A stretch of DNA of 64,000 nt from a virus (IMGVR_UViG_3300022177_000070:1007-65006); one strand, 5' to 3'; counted from the first letter of the stretch, positions 24,374 through 34,226 are shown. Program-made: numbers and translations. The notes: generated by a model from the sequence alone, not told the origin.

Positions 24374-25111
24374 ATGTCTCAAGATAATCTGCAAGAGGTT
24401 GTGGATACTGCCAAGGGTGTTGCGCCTGCGGCCCAGGGTAAAGAGATCCAAAAGAAAAAACCGGGTGGCCGTCCGCGTAGAAAGCTAACTCCCGAAGAGA
24501 TACAAGCGCGTGAGCAAGAGTTATTTGATATCGAGGTATCCGGGCCTGCCGGGCCGGGGGGGCATAGTACTAATAATAGTACTATAGATAAGGGGAGTGA
24601 TAATATATGTAGTGGAAAAGAGTGTTTTGGTACTGATTATAATGAGTTAAGTACCAAAGAAGTGGATACAGGCGGGGTGAAGTTTAGTGAACGCGAGTTA
24701 AGGGCTTTAGAAAACTGGTTTTCTGGGAAGTATAAGACCAAGTGGCAAGCGGCGCGGGCGGCTGGGTATAAAGGGGCAACAAAACGCAGTTTAATCAATA
24801 CCCTAAACGGGGTGTTGAAGAAATATGATTCAGGCTCAGACCATCGGGCCATAATGCGGGATATCGGGGCGGGTGAATCGCATTTAATCAAGTTATTGCT
24901 ACAACTTGCGGAGGGCGGCAAAGATGAAAAAACTCGGCTGGGGGCCTTAAATATCTTGACAAAGTGCGCCGGATTGCAGCGCGAAGTTGTTGAGGGGGAT
25001 AAGGGCGGGGATATCATCATCAACGTACCCACGGGTAAGCGGGTTGCACCGCAGGATGACGCCGCGCCGGGGGCCGGGGGCCAGGGTAAGCCGTTCACCG
25101 TGGTCAAATGA
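24374..25111 (+). CDS. Terminase small subunit-like protein
   Basis: FSERELRALENW...TKWQAARAAGY HTH; EKTRLGALNILTKCAG; C-terminal IIINV. Confidence 0.55.
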   Translation: MSQDNLQEVVDTAKGVAPAAQGKEIQKKKPGGRPRRKLTPEEIQAREQELFDIEVSGPAGPGGHSTNNSTIDKGSDNICSGKECFGTDYNELSTKEVDTGGVKFSERELRALENWFSGKYKTKWQAARAAGYKGATKRSLINTLNGVLKKYDSGSDHRAIMRDIGAGESHLIKLLLQLAEGGKDEKTRLGALNILTKCAGLQREVVEGDKGGDIIINVPTGKRVAPQDDAAPGAGGQGKPFTVVK

Positions 25112-25622
25112 TGCCGGAAATATAGATTATCGGTATTAGATCATGGCCGGGGGGTATGTCCGCAAGATAAAGGGTACGGGGGGCGCACGGGCGGCGCTGG
25201 TGGGGTCGCTGGCGCTGGGGGCGGGGGCGGCGCACGTCAGACGGGCGGGGCGCAGGCGCACGGCGTACACGGGGACAGGCGGGCGTCTGGGGAAAACCGG
25301 GGGACCGGGACTCCTACCCCCCTAGGTAATATATCCCCCCCCCATTCAATTCAATTTTTAAAACCTTTCCTCCCATGAAAAGAAAGTAGGACTATTCTCC
25401 TGATCCCTTCGGCGGTTCGATGCAATTTCCCACCTGCTGACCCCCCTAACTACGAGAGAATTTTTTCCGTAGGACTGAACCTCTCAGGGGGACCCTACCC
25501 CCGTCAGATGGAACCGCCTGAATATAATTTATTACTCAAGAGAATTGGCTTTTTGGCTGAAGTTGGCGATGCGGGCCAATTATTCCATCCTGATATTCAA
25601 TAACTGAATCAGGAGGTGCGTC

Positions 25623-25985
25623 ATGGTCAGTTCAGTGAATCCCAGGTATCGGACAGGGGCCTTGGTGCGCCGGGCCGAGACGGTCCTGGGGATGAGTAGG
25701 CGGACGGTGTACCGCTGGCTGAAAGCCGGGGTGGTCACGGAGGAAGGGTTGCGGGAGTTCTTGCGGGAGTGCCGGGAGGTCTTACTGACTCCCCGGCAGG
25801 CCGCAGAAGCTTTGGGGGTGTCTCGGAAGTGGCTCTATGCCCTGGTGGACAGAGGAAGGCTGGTGGCTGTCAGGCTGGAGCCGTTTGGCACGATCTGGGT
25901 GAAGCAGTCTGAGGTGGAGAGCTTTATTGTGCGATTCTCCGCCCGAGAGACGGGCAGGGGGACTCGTCGTGCCAGCACTTCTTAG
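25623..25985 (+). CDS. Tandem-HTH (excisionase-type) DNA-binding protein
   Basis: LGMSRRTVYRW and LLTPRQAAEALGVSRKWLYALV. Confidence 0.72.
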   Translation: MVSSVNPRYRTGALVRRAETVLGMSRRTVYRWLKAGVVTEEGLREFLRECREVLLTPRQAAEALGVSRKWLYALVDRGRLVAVRLEPFGTIWVKQSEVESFIVRFSARETGRGTRRASTS

Positions 25986-26108
25986 TGTGCAGGCCGTAAT
26001 GTAGGCACTCGTCATAGGTCGGCATACTCGGGTAGCCGGGTTCCCAACAGGGCATCTCCAGGCCCTTGAGGGATTCTTCGCTCTTCTTCTTCTTCGTCGT
26101 CGTTTTTC

Positions 26109-26423
26109 TCACCACGTTATCCCCAGCGCAGCCTGCTCATGAGTGTCACATAAGCGAGCATTTTCTTTTCTGCAAGCTTTGCAGATGCGAATGTTTATTT
26201 TGTCTGGACTGTTGAAATAATTCAGACATTTCAGGCATTGTAACGTTTCATTGCCGTTGTGTAACGCTTCAGTAACGTTCTTGGGTCTGTTTCTGAGGTA
26301 GCGGCGGTGGTACTCCCTGCTGCACTCGCCCCCGCAGGTCTTCTTTTGGGGCCGGGTGGTTATGAACCAGTCGCCGCATATTTCACATCTGCCCCTTCTG
26401 GGTGTTGCTGCCGTCCTTGGCAT
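26109..26423 (-). CDS. Zinc-finger protein
   Basis: CEICG, CGGEC, CLKC, CKAC motifs. Confidence 0.6.
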   Translation of the reverse strand: MPRTAATPRRGRCEICGDWFITTRPQKKTCGGECSREYHRRYLRNRPKNVTEALHNGNETLQCLKCLNYFNSPDKINIRICKACRKENARLCDTHEQAALGITW

Positions 26424-27556
26424 GTGGTCTCCCTCGTGGCATGAACGAAAGCTTCGGGGACCTTCTCGCTGGCCCGCCGGACTGCCTGAAGAACATATTC
26501 CTCATTCAATTCGATCCCCACGGTGTCTCTTCCCATCCGGGCGGCCACGATCCCTGTGGTTCCCGCTCCAAAGAAGGGGTCCAACACGGTGGCTGGGACC
26601 GGCTCCGCGTCGGTTATGCAGTCACAGGTGGGCACCCAGCCCACGGTGATCTCTTCTCTTAGCCCAGCCAGGACCTTGCGCTTCAGGTCGCTCGGGTTCT
26701 CGGCTCCGGCCTTCTCGTAGTCCTTCTTTCCCTGCCCCCGGTACTCCCCGGACTTGTCGGCTCCACACCGGGCCTGGGCCTCTCGATCCGGCTTACCTTT
26801 GTCAACCAGTCGCCCGAAGGGAGCAAGGCAGGCCGGGCAGACCCCATACTCGGAGGTTCCGGCGGTGACACACCTTTCCACAAGACGTTCAGGAAACGTG
26901 GCAAAGTGGTTGCCGCCATAGTTGGGGGCCGGGATGATCCAGACCGACTTGGGGGTGTTGAAGGGCTGGTAGGGGTCCTTCTTGATAAGCTCCTTCAGAC
27001 CCAGCCAGTCCCAATAGTAGTTTTTACTCTTGGAGAGGACGAAGATGGATTCGTGGGAGTGGATGCACCTGTCCCGGTAGCCCTCGGGCCGCGGGTTGGG
27101 CTTGAACCAGACGATCTCCTGGCGCAGATACCAGCCGTCGGCCCGGAGGGCCTGGGCCACCAGCCAGGGGATGCCGATGAGGTCCTTTGGTTTCAGGCCG
27201 GGCACCTTCCTGCCGGGGTATTTGGCACACTTCTCCCGCAGCCCTCCTTTGTTGTGGTCTCCCCCGGCCCCCCCGGAGCCGTTGTACGAGTCGCCGAGGA
27301 CCAGGAATAGCACTCCGTCCGGCCTCAAGACCCGCTTGACATGGGAAAAGCACTCGACCAGGTGGGCGGCGTACTGCTCCGGGGTGGGTTCAGCCCCCAA
27401 TTCACCCTTCCAGCCATCCTCCCAGGTCGCCGGATCGGTCTCATAGTTCCGCAGACCGAAGTACGGGGGTGAGGTCACGGCCATGTGGAAGTAATCAGAG
27501 GCGGTCAAGGCGCACACGTCGCGCACATCACCCTTAACAACGTCTATCCTTGCCAA
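26360..27556 (-). CDS. DNA amino-methyltransferase, beta class (N4-cytosine likely)
   Basis: TSPPYF catalytic motif precedes VLDPFFGAGTTG AdoMet motif; HFATFP; Cys-rich insert. Confidence 0.92.
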   Translation of the reverse strand: MARIDVVKGDVRDVCALTASDYFHMAVTSPPYFGLRNYETDPATWEDGWKGELGAEPTPEQYAAHLVECFSHVKRVLRPDGVLFLVLGDSYNGSGGAGGDHNKGGLREKCAKYPGRKVPGLKPKDLIGIPWLVAQALRADGWYLRQEIVWFKPNPRPEGYRDRCIHSHESIFVLSKSKNYYWDWLGLKELIKKDPYQPFNTPKSVWIIPAPNYGGNHFATFPERLVERCVTAGTSEYGVCPACLAPFGRLVDKGKPDREAQARCGADKSGEYRGQGKKDYEKAGAENPSDLKRKVLAGLREEITVGWVPTCDCITDAEPVPATVLDPFFGAGTTGIVAARMGRDTVGIELNEEYVLQAVRRASEKVPEAFVHATRETTCQGRQQHPEGADVKYAATGS

Positions 27557-27783
27557 TTTATTGCCCTCTCCGTCGGAAAAAGTATGACCTTGCCGTTGTA
27601 GCGGTCGATGAAATCCTGAATCATGGCCTCGTGGGCGTCAAAAATCGGCTCCAATGGCTCGGGCGACGTACTCGGGGAGGTCTGAGTGTTCGTCTTCCCC
27701 CCTTTCAAGACCCTCAAAGATGGCGAGTTCGTGGGGTTTTGGGACATTTTCGGCTCCATTTTGGGCAATTTTCCTGATTGCAT
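27544..27783 (-). CDS. Hypothetical protein
   Basis: 79 aa ORF in the leftward operon. Confidence 0.4.
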   Translation of the reverse strand: MQSGKLPKMEPKMSQNPTNSPSLRVLKGGKTNTQTSPSTSPEPLEPIFDAHEAMIQDFIDRYNGKVILFPTERAINWQG

Positions 27784-28090
27784 ACTCGCTTTCGGCGTGT
27801 TTCAGGATGTGTTCGGCTCGGTCGGCCCATTTGGGCTTGAGTTTGGCCTTGATAAGCCGCAGGCAGACCTTCTTGTTGAACTTATCCGGGTCGTAACTGG
27901 CACAGGTTGCACAATTTAATGCCGAACCGTCGTTGTACGCCTCAGCGTAGAGGCAACCGCCGTAGTAGGTGCAATTCCTGAAGGGGAAATCCCGCCTCCG
28001 ACCCACGACCGACTTCACATCTTTGTTGTGCGAGCCTGTTTCGTTATAGACGTACCGCTTTTTGGGCGGCTTACTGACCTTCTTGGGCAT
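27638..28090 (-). CDS. Cys-motif hypothetical protein
   Basis: RNCTYYGGCL...LNCATC. Confidence 0.55.
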   Translation of the reverse strand: MPKKVSKPPKKRYVYNETGSHNKDVKSVVGRRRDFPFRNCTYYGGCLYAEAYNDGSALNCATCASYDPDKFNKKVCLRLIKAKLKPKWADRAEHILKHAESEYAIRKIAQNGAENVPKPHELAIFEGLERGEDEHSDLPEYVARAIGADF

Positions 28091-28655
28091 TTGGCAATTC
28101 CTTAACGGGGACGTAGAAGGTTTTGCGGTCGGCCTGGTGCGGATTCCAGAATCTCCCGATCCCGTCCTTGATGACCTTGGTGGCCTTGTGGTCCGAGAGT
28201 GGCTTTCCGTTGGGGCCGGTGAAGTTCTCCCGAATCAGTAACCGGAGTTCAGTTGCACAGGGTGGCCCGCCGAAGTCATTCTCAAACCTCTTGATTTTGG
28301 TGTGGACCCGGCGCAAAAACAGGAATGTTGACAGCTTACATCCGTCGTCAAGCGGCTTCTGGAGGCCCAACTCGGGGTGCTTGAGGTTGAACTGATGTCT
28401 GCCGGGGCCGACGTTCTGGAGAATGAACGGCTCCTGGGGGTCAATTTTGATTTCCTTAATCATGGTGACGGCGACAGTTGCAGGTAGTCGAGCCAGTCCC
28501 CTGGTTATGGTCAACTCGTTGTTCTCAAGGGTCATATAGTGGTCGCCCCTGGAGAGAGTAAGCCTGGTATCAAACCGCGACCGGCTGGGATCGCCGCCCC
28601 ACCCCGAGAACAGGGCGGCGAGCAGGACTTGGTCTTTCTTGTTGTGTGCCCACAT
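28071..28655 (-). CDS. Hypothetical protein (194 aa)
   Basis: Start MWAHNKK overlaps the upstream stop (TAATG); 3' part of track ORF 28071..28958. Confidence 0.55.
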   Translation of the reverse strand: MWAHNKKDQVLLAALFSGWGGDPSRSRFDTRLTLSRGDHYMTLENNELTITRGLARLPATVAVTMIKEIKIDPQEPFILQNVGPGRHQFNLKHPELGLQKPLDDGCKLSTFLFLRRVHTKIKRFENDFGGPPCATELRLLIRENFTGPNGKPLSDHKATKVIKDGIGRFWNPHQADRKTFYVPVKELPNAQEGQ

Positions 28656-28876
28656 TATTTCAGTCCCATCCTTTTGGCCAGGAAGTGCGACGCCTTGATG
28701 AACAGGGCGGCGAGCATGTAGGTCTTTTCCAGACCTTCCTTGTCGCAAGTGATGTCCAGGGAGCCGTAGAGAGAGAGGCGGTCGGGGTGGTTTTCGATGG
28801 TGAAGTCGTCGATGTTGAGGGATTCGGTGCCATTGGCGAAGGGGGTGAAGCGGGGTTGGTCGGTGCTTTCTGACAT
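28655..28876 (-). CDS. Conserved hypothetical protein
   Basis: FTPFANGTESLNIDDFTIENHPDRLSLYGSLDIT; GGAGA RBS. Confidence 0.6.
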   Translation of the reverse strand: MSESTDQPRFTPFANGTESLNIDDFTIENHPDRLSLYGSLDITCDKEGLEKTYMLAALFIKASHFLAKRMGLK

Positions 28877-28885
28877 GATTTTCTC

Positions 28886-29074
28886 CTATTTCGTTATGGT
28901 TAAGGCCACATAGACAAGAATCATGGTGCCCATGAGGATGTCGGCGATGCCCCCGCACAAGTCTTCTTTCTTGGCGGAATACTTGTAGAGAACAACCTCA
29001 ACAACCCCACCGGCCAAATTGACCAGACCGGCGAGCGCCGCGAAGAAACAGGTCATCCAGAATAGGGCTTTCAT
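28886..29074 (-). CDS. Small two-TM membrane protein
   Basis: Two hydrophobic segments; holin-like topology is possible but unproven. Confidence 0.55.
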   Translation of the reverse strand: MKALFWMTCFFAALAGLVNLAGGVVEVVLYKYSAKKEDLCGGIADILMGTMILVYVALTITK

Positions 29075-29448
29075 TCTCCCTCCAGCTTCAGGTCGGCATA
29101 GACCTTAATCATCCGCCGGATAGCTTCATCTGGCGTGACTCCCTCTGCTTTACAGGTTGCCCGGAAGACCTTCAGGTCGCTGGGGTCCACCGGCGTCAAG
29201 TGCATGATCTCCAGAATCTCGAACAGGTCCAGCTTGAGAAGTTGAGCCATCCTCCGAAAGAGGGGGATGCTGGGGATTATGTTGCCCCGCTCGTAGCCGT
29301 AGGTCGTCTCTCGCCCTACCTGTTTGGCAAATTCAACCCCCGACAAACCAGCCGCCTTTCTGGCAGCCCGCAGTCGCTTGTGGTCGAAGTGCCTGGTGTT
29401 TGGCTCTTCCCTTTGCCGTGGTCTCACACACCCTCCTTTCTGTGACAA
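29071..29448 (-). CDS. XRE-family HTH regulator with C-terminal RHH-like segment
   Basis: RLRAARKAAGLSGVEFAKQVG...YERGNIIPS; FRATCKAEGVTPDEAIRRMI. Confidence 0.75.
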   Translation of the reverse strand: MSQKGGCVRPRQREEPNTRHFDHKRLRAARKAAGLSGVEFAKQVGRETTYGYERGNIIPSIPLFRRMAQLLKLDLFEILEIMHLTPVDPSDLKVFRATCKAEGVTPDEAIRRMIKVYADLKLEGE

Positions 29449-29570
29449 ATTTCCTATTGCGACTTATTATTCACCTTATTAATTCAATTTCAGAATACTG
29501 CAAATCGACGGTCCTGTCAACACTTTTTCGCTCGTTTGACGACTTTTGATCTCGATGTTTTGCTCTAAGT

Positions 29571-30977
29571 ATGAGCAAGTCGTTGGTCTTTGACCTCACA
29601 CCAACACAGCGCGATTACGTTTTTTCCGACGCCGTGGTCAATGTCATTTACTCCAATACCGGAGAGGGCAAAACCTATGCTTCGATAGCCGCGATGATCG
29701 TTCATGCAAAAAGATGTGGTCGGCCCATTCATGCGGCCATTGTGCGGGATACCCATGAAAACATTAAAACTTCTACTGCCAGGAGCATCCTTGAGACGTT
29801 CCAAGAACACCCCGGCATGATTCAGTTTCGGAATGATTTTAAACAACTGACCATCTTTTCCAAGCCGCGGGTGGATGTGGACCTCTTTGGGATCGACAAC
29901 CTGGGCAGTTTATCGAAACTCCAAGGCCCTGAGTACGCCCTGATTTGGCTCGAAGAACCGGCTCCGATGGCGGACAAGGTAAACGCCGGTTTGGCTGTTG
30001 AGGTGTACCGGGCGGCCCTGGTGCGCTGTGCCCGGCAAAAGGGCGCTAAGGCCCGTCTCCAGGTCAGCATGAATCCGGCGGACCAAGAACATTGGACCTA
30101 CGATGAGTTGATCGAGAAGGGGCCAATCCCCGATCCGGGCAACCCCCTTATTACCAAGGCGGTTTTCCGGGTCAATCCGGGGGAGAATCCGCATGTCTCA
30201 GAAACCTCCAGGCAGGCGGTCCGCGTGGCCTACCAGAGTGATCCGGCAAGCTATTGCCGGTACGTGCTGGGACAGTTCGCCCCCGTTTATAAGGGGGCCA
30301 AGGTGACGCCGGAGTACAACCCGGCCATTCACTTGGCTCCCTATCCTCTTACGCCAGCCCCCGGCCTGGTCTCCTTCCGGCTGTGGGACGGCTGGCACAA
30401 CCCGTCGTGCCTCCTGGGGCAGATTACCTCCATCGGCAGGACCGTCATCATCGACACCCTGCGGATGGCCAACACCGATGTTGAGACCCTTATCAATGTC
30501 AAGGTCAAGCCCTTGCTGGAGTCGCCCAAGTGGCGCAATAAGGCGCGGGCCTGGCGGGACATCGGGGACGTTTCCATGCGACAGCCGGACCAGAGTAACA
30601 TCGCCCGGTCGGCGGCCCGAGTCATCGAGGAAGCCTTTGGCACCTCATTCGAGCCGGGGCCGAAACAGTGGCCGCACCTGCGGGATGGCCTCAAGCGCGG
30701 TCTCCAAATGATGATCCAGGGTCTCCCGGCGGTGACGATCAACCCGGAAGAGCGGCTTCTCCACAAGGCGTTGTCGGGAGGGTGGCACTACAAGACCGAC
30801 AACAACGGCAACATCATTGGCCAGATTCCTGACAAGGATGAACACTCGCACATCGGCGATCCCTTCGCCAACGGTATGTCGGTCCTCTTTCCGGCCCAGG
30901 ACTACCGGAAGGGCCTGGACCGCTATAAGGCCCAACTGGCTGCGGCCAGCAAGCGCGTGTCGTCCTACATCCACTGA
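29571..30977 (+). CDS. terL: Terminase large subunit
   Basis: Walker A SNTGEGKT, Walker B IWLEEP, motif III SMNP, nuclease acidic residues (WDG, IGD, HIGD). Confidence 0.85.
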   Translation: MSKSLVFDLTPTQRDYVFSDAVVNVIYSNTGEGKTYASIAAMIVHAKRCGRPIHAAIVRDTHENIKTSTARSILETFQEHPGMIQFRNDFKQLTIFSKPRVDVDLFGIDNLGSLSKLQGPEYALIWLEEPAPMADKVNAGLAVEVYRAALVRCARQKGAKARLQVSMNPADQEHWTYDELIEKGPIPDPGNPLITKAVFRVNPGENPHVSETSRQAVRVAYQSDPASYCRYVLGQFAPVYKGAKVTPEYNPAIHLAPYPLTPAPGLVSFRLWDGWHNPSCLLGQITSIGRTVIIDTLRMANTDVETLINVKVKPLLESPKWRNKARAWRDIGDVSMRQPDQSNIARSAARVIEEAFGTSFEPGPKQWPHLRDGLKRGLQMMIQGLPAVTINPEERLLHKALSGGWHYKTDNNGNIIGQIPDKDEHSHIGDPFANGMSVLFPAQDYRKGLDRYKAQLAAASKRVSSYIH

Positions 30978-30984
30978 GGAACCT

Positions 30985-31248
30985 ATGGGAGTTATTGAAA
31001 CAACTGGTTTTCGAGGCTGGTGGCCCCTGCGGGAGTTCTGCGGCAAGGACAGTCAGGGCCGCAAGATCGTCAAAGAGGGGTTCCGTAACATGACCAATGG
31101 CGACTTTTACGCTACGGAGCGGGGCTGGGATGATGCGCCGCCCTACCCCACCGGCGAGATTGCAGTCTTGAGAACTGCTTCCGAAACCTATCGGGAGAAC
31201 TACGACAAGATCAGGTGGAATCGAGATGGCCAAAGTCAAGCCGGTTAA
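30985..31248 (+). CDS. Hypothetical protein
   Basis: Start MGVIETT after GAGGA; ends YRENYDKIRW. Confidence 0.55.
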   Translation: MGVIETTGFRGWWPLREFCGKDSQGRKIVKEGFRNMTNGDFYATERGWDDAPPYPTGEIAVLRTASETYRENYDKIRWNRDGQSQAG

Positions 31249-31522
31249 CGAGAAGGATTGGGCGCGGACCCAGCACTTTTACTTTGGGGGTGACTCCAAC
31301 CTGCCTATACCCGACGGCCTGAAGGGCGCGGAGTTGGGCGAAGAGGTGGTCGTGGTGGTCCGGGGCAAGGTCCGTCATGCGAGCTTCACCGAAAGCATCG
31401 ACTCCGGCGACTCTGCCAGCCTGGAGGTGGTGGCCTCCGAGATCACCGTTTCTGGCACTAAGCCCAAGCCCGCGACCTTGAAGGACGCAATGGGGGCGGA
31501 CGAGAAGCGCCGGAGGCTCTAA
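31226..31522 (+). CDS. Hypothetical protein
   Basis: 98 aa ORF, coupled to its neighbours. Confidence 0.6.
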   Translation: MAKVKPVNEKDWARTQHFYFGGDSNLPIPDGLKGAELGEEVVVVVRGKVRHASFTESIDSGDSASLEVVASEITVSGTKPKPATLKDAMGADEKRRRL

Positions 31523-31701
31523 TGGTCGCGGCTGTCCAGCTTGACGACTACCGGCAGGAGTGGGGCGTGGCGGACGCCGTGTGTGACCGTTGCGGCTTTG
31601 AGTGGGTGGCCGTCTATTTGGCCCCGGCGCACGAGGCCGGTGAGCCTCTGGAGTGCAAATACTGCAAGCACCAATCGGGGAGGGTAGTCAATGTCCGGTA
31701 A
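31522..31701 (+). CDS. Small Zn-ribbon protein (59 aa)
   Basis: Hand-translated CDRC...CKYC; TAATG coupling. Confidence 0.5.
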   Translation: MVAAVQLDDYRQEWGVADAVCDRCGFEWVAVYLAPAHEAGEPLECKYCKHQSGRVVNVR

Positions 31702-31867
31702 AGCCCAGATCAATCTGGCCGATCTCAAGGGGTTGGCTCCGCAGGGGGGACCCCCCAAGGCCAAGGGTAAGAAGACTGCCAAGAAGGCCAAGGGTGCCAA
31801 GGCTGGGAACCTCAAGAAACCGGCCCCGCCCGTCACGACCCCGGTGGCCGGTCTCGGGAAACTGTAA
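31691..31867 (+). CDS. Small Lys-rich protein (58 aa)
   Basis: MSGKAQINLADLK...KAKGKKTAKKAKGAK; stop overlaps the portal ATG. Confidence 0.45.
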   Translation: MSGKAQINLADLKGLAPQGGPPKAKGKKTAKKAKGAKAGNLKKPAPPVTTPVAGLGKL

Positions 31868-33840
31868 TGGCGCAGCCCTTTATCGAAGACCCGATCAAGT
31901 CGGTCCAGGCCCGCATCGAGCAGATTAATCGAAGCAAGCCGGAGCCGCTGACGGACGACATGGACGTGAAGGAACTCGCCGAGCGCGAAGAGGCCGCCGA
32001 TGCGTACGCCAAGGAGAGGCCGCAGCACTTCGTTGATTACTGCGAGGACTGCATCAAAACCTCCGTCCATGCCATGACCGAGATTCGCCGGATGCAGGCG
32101 GAATGTTGGCGGGTCTTCAATGAAGAGGCCCCGCCCAACTATGCCAACAAGGAGTCCTGGCAGTCCAAGACCATCGTGCCCAAGCCCTTTGGGGCCGTGC
32201 AGTTTGCGATGGCCGTGGTGCGGAAAGCCTTCGATGTCCAGTTTTTGAGCATCGAGAACGAGCAAAACGCCGAGGCCGCCGAGTTCTGGAAAAAGCTGTT
32301 GGGCCTGATGCTCTCTCAGAATTTTGCCGACTTCCCGATCCAGTTCACCGACGCCTGCGGCATGAGCTTCGCGGTGGGGCAGTCGTTGGAAATGCTGCCG
32401 GTGTGGCGGCCAGGTCGGGGCCTCCGGTTCATCCTGGTGGAGCCGTGGAAGATTCACCGGGACCCGGACGCCATCAGCCGCCAGCCGCAGTCGGGCCTCT
32501 ATTGGATTCATCAGGAGTGGATGGACTACTACCTGCTCCGCAAATTTCAGGACGCCGGGCGCTACGAGAATATTGACGAGACCTTCAGGACCGGCGGGAC
32601 CGAATCGGACAACAAGCACGACACCAACCTCACCAAAGAGGAACTGGCTCGTCGCCGCAATATGTTTTGGAAACGGTCGGGATTCCGCACGATGATCCTA
32701 ACCTCCGAGTTTTGGGGCACGGTCCTGGGGCCGACCGGGGAACTGCTGCTCCCCTCCGCGAACTACACGGTCGCTGGGGGAAAGGTAATTCGCGCCCCCA
32801 AGGCGTCTCCCTATAAGAACTTGCGGTGGCCGGGCATGAGCTTCAGCGTTCTGCCGAACTTCCTGCGGTTTGACGGCCGCGGCATCGTCCAGGGGATCAA
32901 GAGCCTTTGGTACTCCATGTGTTCCCTGCTCTGTCTGCACATGGACAACCTGAATTGGGTGGTGAATCCGCCCACCGAGATTGACGTGAGTTCCCTGGTG
33001 GACCCGACGGATGTGAACAACGTCCCCGGCAAACCCTGGCTGACCAAGGGGACCCCCAACGGGCAACAGGTTGTCAGAACCATCGACCGCCGGAGCAGCA
33101 CCAGTGACATCCTGGCGAACATGAACTTCGCCGACCAGAGGTTTCAGGAGGGCACCTTTGTCACCAACTTGGTGCAGGGTCTCCCCGGCTACCGGGCGGA
33201 GGTCACGGCCAGGGAGTCGGCGCAGAGTTTGGAGCAGGCCCTTACCATCTTCTCGCTCATTGGCAAGAACATCGAGCATGGCGCTCTTAACGTCATCCGG
33301 GCCGCGGCGGAAACCGTCGCCGCCAACATCTCCCACGAGGAACTGACCTTGTGGATGGGGGAAGAGGTGGCCAGCCGCTATGTTGACGGGGCCTCTCCTA
33401 CGGGTGTGACGTTACCACAGTTGACCACCGGGTCTTTTCAGGTCTCCGGCATCTCCGCCCTCATGCGGGACATGGAGATTGTCAACAGCATCAGAAATGT
33501 GATTCTGCCGCTCTTCGAGGGTCAGGCAGCCAGCGTCTTCATGCCCTACTTGAAGCCCTATCAGCTTTTGCGGTCCATCGAAAAGCGGTTAAACCTCAGA
33601 GACGAGGGAATCCTGATTGACGAGAACATGGCCGGGCAACTCGACCAGAACCAGCAGCGCAATCAGAACGCCGCCATTGACCTGGAACACATTACGAATG
33701 AGGCGGCGGCCCTCCAGTCGGCACAAGGAGTTGTGGCAGGTCAGGGGGTCGAAGGCGAGGCTGGGGCCGGAGCACAACCGCAACCCGTCGAGGAACCGAC
33801 TCACGAGGTTGCCCCGATGAAGGAATCCTATCTGGAGTAG
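31867..33840 (+). CDS. Portal protein
   Basis: 657 aa, first large gene after TerL; late EVTARES motif and Gln-rich tail typical of P22/N4-type portals. Confidence 0.75.
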   Translation: MAQPFIEDPIKSVQARIEQINRSKPEPLTDDMDVKELAEREEAADAYAKERPQHFVDYCEDCIKTSVHAMTEIRRMQAECWRVFNEEAPPNYANKESWQSKTIVPKPFGAVQFAMAVVRKAFDVQFLSIENEQNAEAAEFWKKLLGLMLSQNFADFPIQFTDACGMSFAVGQSLEMLPVWRPGRGLRFILVEPWKIHRDPDAISRQPQSGLYWIHQEWMDYYLLRKFQDAGRYENIDETFRTGGTESDNKHDTNLTKEELARRRNMFWKRSGFRTMILTSEFWGTVLGPTGELLLPSANYTVAGGKVIRAPKASPYKNLRWPGMSFSVLPNFLRFDGRGIVQGIKSLWYSMCSLLCLHMDNLNWVVNPPTEIDVSSLVDPTDVNNVPGKPWLTKGTPNGQQVVRTIDRRSSTSDILANMNFADQRFQEGTFVTNLVQGLPGYRAEVTARESAQSLEQALTIFSLIGKNIEHGALNVIRAAAETVAANISHEELTLWMGEEVASRYVDGASPTGVTLPQLTTGSFQVSGISALMRDMEIVNSIRNVILPLFEGQAASVFMPYLKPYQLLRSIEKRLNLRDEGILIDENMAGQLDQNQQRNQNAAIDLEHITNEAAALQSAQGVVAGQGVEGEAGAGAQPQPVEEPTHEVAPMKESYLE

Positions 33841-33842
33841 GT

Positions 33843-34226
33843 ATGGCTATGCTGAGTAATTCTGGAATCGACGTGGACATCTTTACCGGCCAACCGCTTG
33901 CCCGCGACGCGGACACCAGGCGGAAGGAGCAGGCCAGCAAGATCGTGGAAGAGGCGCACCGCAACAGTCAGTTGCTCCTGAACGATCTGGCTGGACCCGG
34001 CGGAGAAGTCCTGCGTCTGGTTCTGGAAAGTCTTTGTCGCAGGCTTGATGAGCTTGTGGCTCACGACCCCCAATGCCAGGCCCTCATGGGGGTACTGGCC
34101 AAGGTTGGGTTTGTGGCCAGGGTGGCCCCCAAGTATGCCAAGGCCAAGGCCAGTCAGATGTTGGGGGAAGACTTCAACTTTGATCTCGCCGCCCCTCCCG
34201 AGGATACCGGCGAAGAAACAGCTTAG
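33843..34226 (+). CDS. Hypothetical protein
   Basis: 127 aa, between portal and scaffold. Confidence 0.6.
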   Translation: MAMLSNSGIDVDIFTGQPLARDADTRRKEQASKIVEEAHRNSQLLLNDLAGPGGEVLRLVLESLCRRLDELVAHDPQCQALMGVLAKVGFVARVAPKYAKAKASQMLGEDFNFDLAAPPEDTGEETA

